Of a stretch of DNA of 64,000 nt, positions 59,634-64,000 are shown piece after piece. Numbering within the stretch: position 1 is the first letter of the stretch; the number at the start of each line of letters is the position of its first letter. The notes beneath the pieces were generated by a model that worked only from the letters and a program-made list of their open reading frames with translations, was not told the origin of the DNA and did no database searches. The translations under genes were made by a program, and so were the position numbers. The DNA comes from an uncultured OM43 clade bacterium (GTDB lineage: Bacteria; Pseudomonadota; Gammaproteobacteria; Burkholderiales; Methylophilaceae), in contig CACEEB010000001.1 in assembly GCA_902558495.1 (NCBI GenBank), positions 5,884-69,883 of the forward strand. Direction: 5' to 3'.

Positions 59634-60148
59634 TGCTGGGGCACCATCCTTAAGTTATCTATGTTGTAACCCATAGCCTTTATTTTTTCAGTGAACATAG
59701 CTATTTCTTCAGGTGAGAGTGTTTTTTGTCGAGACATTAACCATACATAATCAAGTGCATCCCTAGCGACTATCGTATTTTGATAGGCATCATCAAGATA
59801 TACAATTTTGTATTGGGCTTTGATAGGCCAAATGAATTGCATTCCCCATTCTGCATTATTTGTCCCTTCTATAACAAAACCTTTCGGATAATACTGTTTT
59901 ACAGGGCCGTAAGGATCCCCTTTATTGAAGGTGAATGTTGTTGCAATGGAGCCATCATCATTTAAAGCATAGGATTCTACAGCGTTGTATGCATTTTTTT
60001 CTATGAATGCAGGAATGTGTGCGATAACATACCAGTCACCCATGAATTTATTAATGTCTACATTATCAACTAGTTTAAGTGATTTAGATTGCATAGCACA
60101 TCCTGATAAAAATAAAAAAAATATTAAAAATCTATTAAAAACATTCAT
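59630..60148 (-). CDS. blc: outer-membrane lipoprotein lipocalin
   Basis: Lipobox LSGC, FMGDWYVIA and YVWLMSR; start ATG 60148. Confidence 0.88.
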   Translation of the reverse strand: MNVFNRFLIFFLFLSGCAMQSKSLKLVDNVDINKFMGDWYVIAHIPAFIEKNAYNAVESYALNDDGSIATTFTFNKGDPYGPVKQYYPKGFVIEGTNNAEWGMQFIWPIKAQYKIVYLDDAYQNTIVARDALDYVWLMSRQKTLSPEEIAMFTEKIKAMGYNIDNLRMVPQQ

Positions 60149-60161
60149 ATATGTATAATTA

Positions 60162-60788
60162 TTAAAGTAATTTATAGAAAATATCACCAATTGGTGTGGG
60201 TGATTTAAGCGCTACCCATTGCATATTTTGGTCATACCACAATTGAATTTTAAGCTTTTCTACGCCATTTTTACTGGCTATCATCTCATAGCAATTTGCT
60301 GAAACATTTTTACCCTTTATGGCTATTTTTTCTTGCTTTAATAGCGTTGTTTTAACATCCAGATATTCTCCATTTTGAGAATTCATCAATTTATCCTGCT
60401 CAAGAATCTTTGGGTTCCAGTATGCAAAAGTCATAATGCATCCTGGCAGAGCAGTTTTTACGTTGTTGGCAATTATTGAAAAATTATTTGATTCTCTAAT
60501 ACCATTAACAACAAATTTATCACCATCATCATTTGTTTGACTTGAAATAGAATTGAGACAGTTACCAGACCATAATTCTTCCGACTTATGTTGATAATAT
60601 ATGTCCATAAAGAGAAATTCAATATGAAAGTCAGCTTTACTGATTATTTTTTCATTATTAACGCTAAAAGTATGCTTACCTATAACTTTATCTTTCATAA
60701 TGGCGTCAAAATTCCATTCTTCAGCTAAAGCGCTAGTCATTGAAAATATCAAGCAGGTGATGATACTAATTATTTTTTTGGTGGCCAT
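60162..60788 (-). CDS. secreted DUF6134-like protein
   Basis: Signal peptide, IGKH.F, Y.H...E.W...CL, FAYWN, L.NSQ.GE and LWYD. Confidence 0.7.
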   Translation of the reverse strand: MATKKIISIITCLIFSMTSALAEEWNFDAIMKDKVIGKHTFSVNNEKIISKADFHIEFLFMDIYYQHKSEELWSGNCLNSISSQTNDDGDKFVVNGIRESNNFSIIANNVKTALPGCIMTFAYWNPKILEQDKLMNSQNGEYLDVKTTLLKQEKIAIKGKNVSANCYEMIASKNGVEKLKIQLWYDQNMQWVALKSPTPIGDIFYKLL

Positions 60789-61534
60789 GGGATAAAACTC
60801 GAGGTATTTTTTATGTAATTAGGATAATCTGGCCTTCTAGATGAAATGGTTTGTTCCATTAACCCAACCCCAGATACCTTTAAGAGTAGGATTGTCATGA
60901 GAATAGGAGACAGAATGATTAACCATGAGGAGCTACCAACTGCAGCGATAAAGAATCCCCACCAGATGAGGAATTCTCCAAAGTAATTGGGATGCCTTGT
61001 ATACTTCCACAATCCCGTATTAAGCACTCCCATGTTTGTATCTTTTCTTAAAAAACTTCTTAGCTGAAGATCTGCAATGGTTTGAAAAACTAATCCAAAT
61101 AAGATGGCAGCTAAAGCAATTTTATCTTGAAGGTCATAGGGTCGATCATCTAGCATTATGGCAACTAGGGGAAGGGCTATGATTGCCGCCATAAAGGCTT
61201 GCAAAAGAAAAATAATATAAATACTTTTTAGGTGAAAGTTTGGTTGATTATTTGCTCTAATATTTCTATATCTAACATCTTCGGGTTGCCCCCAATTCCT
61301 AATGGTAAGAAAAATACATAACCTTGATGACCATAAAAGCAAGGCTGCCATGAGAGCAATATGCCTATCAGTTAATTCTGGCACTTGAGATGCAGTAATT
61401 AACATAGCAATTACAAAAAATAAACTCCACATGCTATCGACGTGGGTTACATTTTTAGTCCCAAGACTTACGAGCCAACCTAAAATAGCAAACAATATTA
61501 AGCCAATTAGCACTGGAATATAAATTTCAGTCAT
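60770..61534 (-). CDS. DUF1295 (steroid 5-alpha reductase-like) membrane protein
   Basis: VD..W, ED.RY, GLWKYTRHPNYFGE and Y...TSSFIPWPP; start ATG 61534. Confidence 0.9.
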   Translation of the reverse strand: MTEIYIPVLIGLILFAILGWLVSLGTKNVTHVDSMWSLFFVIAMLITASQVPELTDRHIALMAALLLWSSRLCIFLTIRNWGQPEDVRYRNIRANNQPNFHLKSIYIIFLLQAFMAAIIALPLVAIMLDDRPYDLQDKIALAAILFGLVFQTIADLQLRSFLRKDTNMGVLNTGLWKYTRHPNYFGEFLIWWGFFIAAVGSSSWLIILSPILMTILLLKVSGVGLMEQTISSRRPDYPNYIKNTSSFIPWPPKK

Positions 61535-62031
61535 TTTTTCTCGCCAAAAGATATTAGAAGAGGGGTTATTAAAGCCCAACCAATAGCCAAAACTATAAGC
61601 GTATTCGGACTAGCAATGGTGACGGCCATTAATTTTTCTCCAGCCAAATAGACAAGAGGCCCACCCATTAGGCCAAAAAGCATTGCCAGTAATGTCCGTC
61701 CTTTAAGCCATGTAAGACTGTGATTCAGGGTAATTGCAAAAAGAATCCATAAAATTACAATCCAGATAGGAGTAAAAGGATAGGGTACCCCAGGATTATT
61801 GTAGATAATCATATTATTAAACTGCATGAATCCATCAAAAATAAATCCAAAGGTGGCAGCAATAGCGGATAATTTAATATCATTTGCATTCTTGTCAGTA
61901 AGGTATAAATGAAGAAATAAAATACCTATACTTATTGCGATTGCAATATATGTATAGTTCCAAGCAGCGCCGAGTATGCAAACAAACCACCCCACCTGAA
62001 ATAAACAAAAATTTATAATATTATTTATCAT
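61531..62031 (-). CDS. DUF2878 family membrane protein
   Basis: NF.LFQ.GWF.C, P.W...LW..FA.TLNHSL.WL and GGPL.Y.AG; start ATG 62031. Confidence 0.85.
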   Translation of the reverse strand: MINNIINFCLFQVGWFVCILGAAWNYTYIAIAISIGILFLHLYLTDKNANDIKLSAIAATFGFIFDGFMQFNNMIIYNNPGVPYPFTPIWIVILWILFAITLNHSLTWLKGRTLLAMLFGLMGGPLVYLAGEKLMAVTIASPNTLIVLAIGWALITPLLISFGEKK

Positions 62032-63058
62032 TTTCAAACAGGTAGTGAGAAACAAACCATTCCTGCCCACCCTTGTATCCCCAGAGTTCTGCACATGCCA
62101 TAAAGAAAATTCTCCACCGATTAAACCATTTAACGGAATCAGCCTTGCCATATATTTTTTCTAAAACCGTCAGAGCTTTTGCATGGTTCTTATCCATATT
62201 TTCCAGCCAGGCATTAGCAGTTTTTTCATAATGTTCGCCTGACCATTGCCACTTATTTTTTAAGGTAAGATTATCTTGAAAGAAGCTCGGAAGATCATCA
62301 CTTGGCATCATCCCACCTGAAAAAAAGTATTTACTCATCCAATCATCATCGTCTTTAACTTCAAATAAATAGGGCTGTGATTTATGAACAAAAATATGCA
62401 TCATAAAATTACCCCCAGGCTTTAACCAACTTTTAATATTGGCAAATAACATTCTGTGATTACGCATATGCTCTATCATTTCAACTGACACAACCCGATC
62501 ATATTTCTTTTTGGTAGAGAAATCATTCATGTCACAGGTTATGACTTTAAGATTGCTTATATCTCTTTTTTTGGCTTCTTTATCAATATAAGCCTTTTGC
62601 GAGGATGAATTTGAGACTGAGGTAATGGAAGCTTTAGGAAAACGGGAAGCCATCCATAAGGATAATGAACCCCAACCACATCCAAGCTCTAAGATATCTA
62701 AACCATCTTTAAGATTTGCATGCTCTGCAGTAAGTTTTAGGGATACATCCTCAGCTTCATCCAGATTATTGGTATTTTTTTCCCAAAAACAGGAGCTATA
62801 TTTTTTATTGTTTCCTAGACATAAATCATAAAACTCAGCTGGTATCTCGTAATGTTGTTCGTTTGCTAAATCTGGAACTAGAGCAATGGGTGAGGTATCC
62901 ATATCCTTAATAAACTTATCTTTATTAGTCACATTAAGTTGTTGGTCACCAGAAATTAAGTCCTCAATTCTTTTTCCTAATAAATGTCTTATTCCCATGC
63001 GAATAAACATGTCTGGAACAAAGCCTTTTTCTGATAGTGCTATAAGTTTTTTTATCAT
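62021..63058 (-). CDS. SAM-dependent methyltransferase, cfa/coclaurine N-methyltransferase-like
   Basis: ANEQHYE, KYSSC, LELGCGWGSL, SVEM.EHMRN, FFSGG.MPS and W.VSHYLF. Confidence 0.9.
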   Translation of the reverse strand: MIKKLIALSEKGFVPDMFIRMGIRHLLGKRIEDLISGDQQLNVTNKDKFIKDMDTSPIALVPDLANEQHYEIPAEFYDLCLGNNKKYSSCFWEKNTNNLDEAEDVSLKLTAEHANLKDGLDILELGCGWGSLSLWMASRFPKASITSVSNSSSQKAYIDKEAKKRDISNLKVITCDMNDFSTKKKYDRVVSVEMIEHMRNHRMLFANIKSWLKPGGNFMMHIFVHKSQPYLFEVKDDDDWMSKYFFSGGMMPSDDLPSFFQDNLTLKNKWQWSGEHYEKTANAWLENMDKNHAKALTVLEKIYGKADSVKWFNRWRIFFMACAELWGYKGGQEWFVSHYLFENDK

Positions 63059-63327
63059 TGTTGTTTCAATTGATTATATAAAAAATCTGATAGCAAAACA
63101 TTCCTTAAGTTTCATTTAACAGCAAGTAAATTAAGCTAAAAAAATTTATTTAAATTACAAATTATATTTTTTGATATTTTAATTTTATCACCATAATTTG
63201 TTGATCCATTTTTTTCTTTTATACATAATAAGAGTTATTTGGTAAATCAACTATTTGTATATTATTATATTTATATATTTGTTATTTTACTTAAACCCTC
63301 AAACCACTATCAAAATTTACGTAAATC

Positions 63328-64000
63328 ATGATTAATAATAAATTTCATAAATACTTCTTAATTTTATTCTTTTTATCAATATTGCCAGGTTGTAGTAAGC
63401 CAGATGCCGGAGAGTTTATAGATAAAGCCTTAAAGGCTGAACATAGAACGCCTGCCTATGTAGAGCGTGATAAATACCGCAACCCAAAAGAAACATTACT
63501 ATTTTTTGGTCTGAACCCAGAGCAGTCTGTTATTGAAATTACTCCAGGTTACGGGTGGTATGCAGAGATTTTAGCACCCCTGATTCGCAATAAAGGGCAG
63601 TATTACTATACCTCCCTGGAGTTACATGAAAAAATAAACCCTTACTTTGTAAAAGTTGAGAAAGCTTTTAAAGAAAAAATGAAAATAAGTCCTGACATAT
63701 ATGACCAACTTCGTTGGGTTCATTTTAATCCAAAACAGCCTGAATTTGCACCGGATGGCCCTGTAGATATAGTTCTTACTTTTAGAAACGTTCATAACTG
63801 GGTAAAAGCTGGTTCGGCTGAGTCGATGTTTGCTGGTTTTGCAAATGCACTTAAGCCAGGCGGTGTTCTTGGGTTGGTCGAGCACAGGGCAAAGGAGGGA
63901 ACACCATTAGAAAAGCAGATTCAAAGTGGTTATATGACCGAGGCATATGTTATTCAGATGGCTAAAGATGCAGGATTTCGACTTGATGCTAAATCAGAAA
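63328..64000 (+). CDS. predicted lipoprotein class I SAM-dependent methyltransferase (partial, runs off the window)
   Basis: Not in the ORF track. Reads MINNKFHKYFLILFFLSILPGC (lipobox), RDKYRNPKETLLFFGL, EITPGYGWY, LTFRNVHNW and LKPGGVLGLVEHRA. Confidence 0.85.
   Translation, partial: MINNKFHKYFLILFFLSILPGCSKPDAGEFIDKALKAEHRTPAYVERDKYRNPKETLLFFGLNPEQSVIEITPGYGWYAEILAPLIRNKGQYYYTSLELHEKINPYFVKVEKAFKEKMKISPDIYDQLRWVHFNPKQPEFAPDGPVDIVLTFRNVHNWVKAGSAESMFAGFANALKPGGVLGLVEHRAKEGTPLEKQIQSGYMTEAYVIQMAKDAGFRLDAKSE

Noticed and set aside
2051-63885. Many short ORF-track entries nested in or antisense to known genes (e.g. 5133-5387, 11267-11584, 35128-35526, 63622-63885)
   Set aside because: They are shadow ORFs of well-supported genes and carry no independent motifs.

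Overview
AT-rich, tightly packed betaproteobacterial chromosome segment. Gene order and ribosomal protein sequences suggest a streamlined Methylophilaceae/OM43-like organism (inference). Most of the window is housekeeping: galU-hpt-rnr-rlmB, uvrB, rpsF-priB-rpsR-rplI-dnaB-alr-radA, hpnCD, yhdP, ffs-dnaX-ybaB-recR, queD, orn-crcB, rne/rluC, pgi, queG-tsaE-amiC-miaA. Three tRNA genes (Asn-GTT, Ser-TGA, Ser-GGA) each have a small accessory islet at their 3' side. The most striking element is a three-gene operon beside tRNA-Asn. A near-perfect Fur-type box lies between its -35 and -10 elements, and it encodes an unknown protein, a stand-alone alphaproteobacterial-type ribosomal protein S4 lacking the metal-binding Cys motif, and a pseudoazurin. 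This is a candidate iron-sparing replacement module. Other notable items: a furan-fatty-acid-like (Ufa) lipid modification cluster whose cfa-like methylase is frameshifted in a G8 tract, a decayed duplicate of the queD 3' end flanking an inserted gene, no mutL between amiC and miaA, and a probable ATA start codon. All calls come from reading the sequence; no database searches were run.
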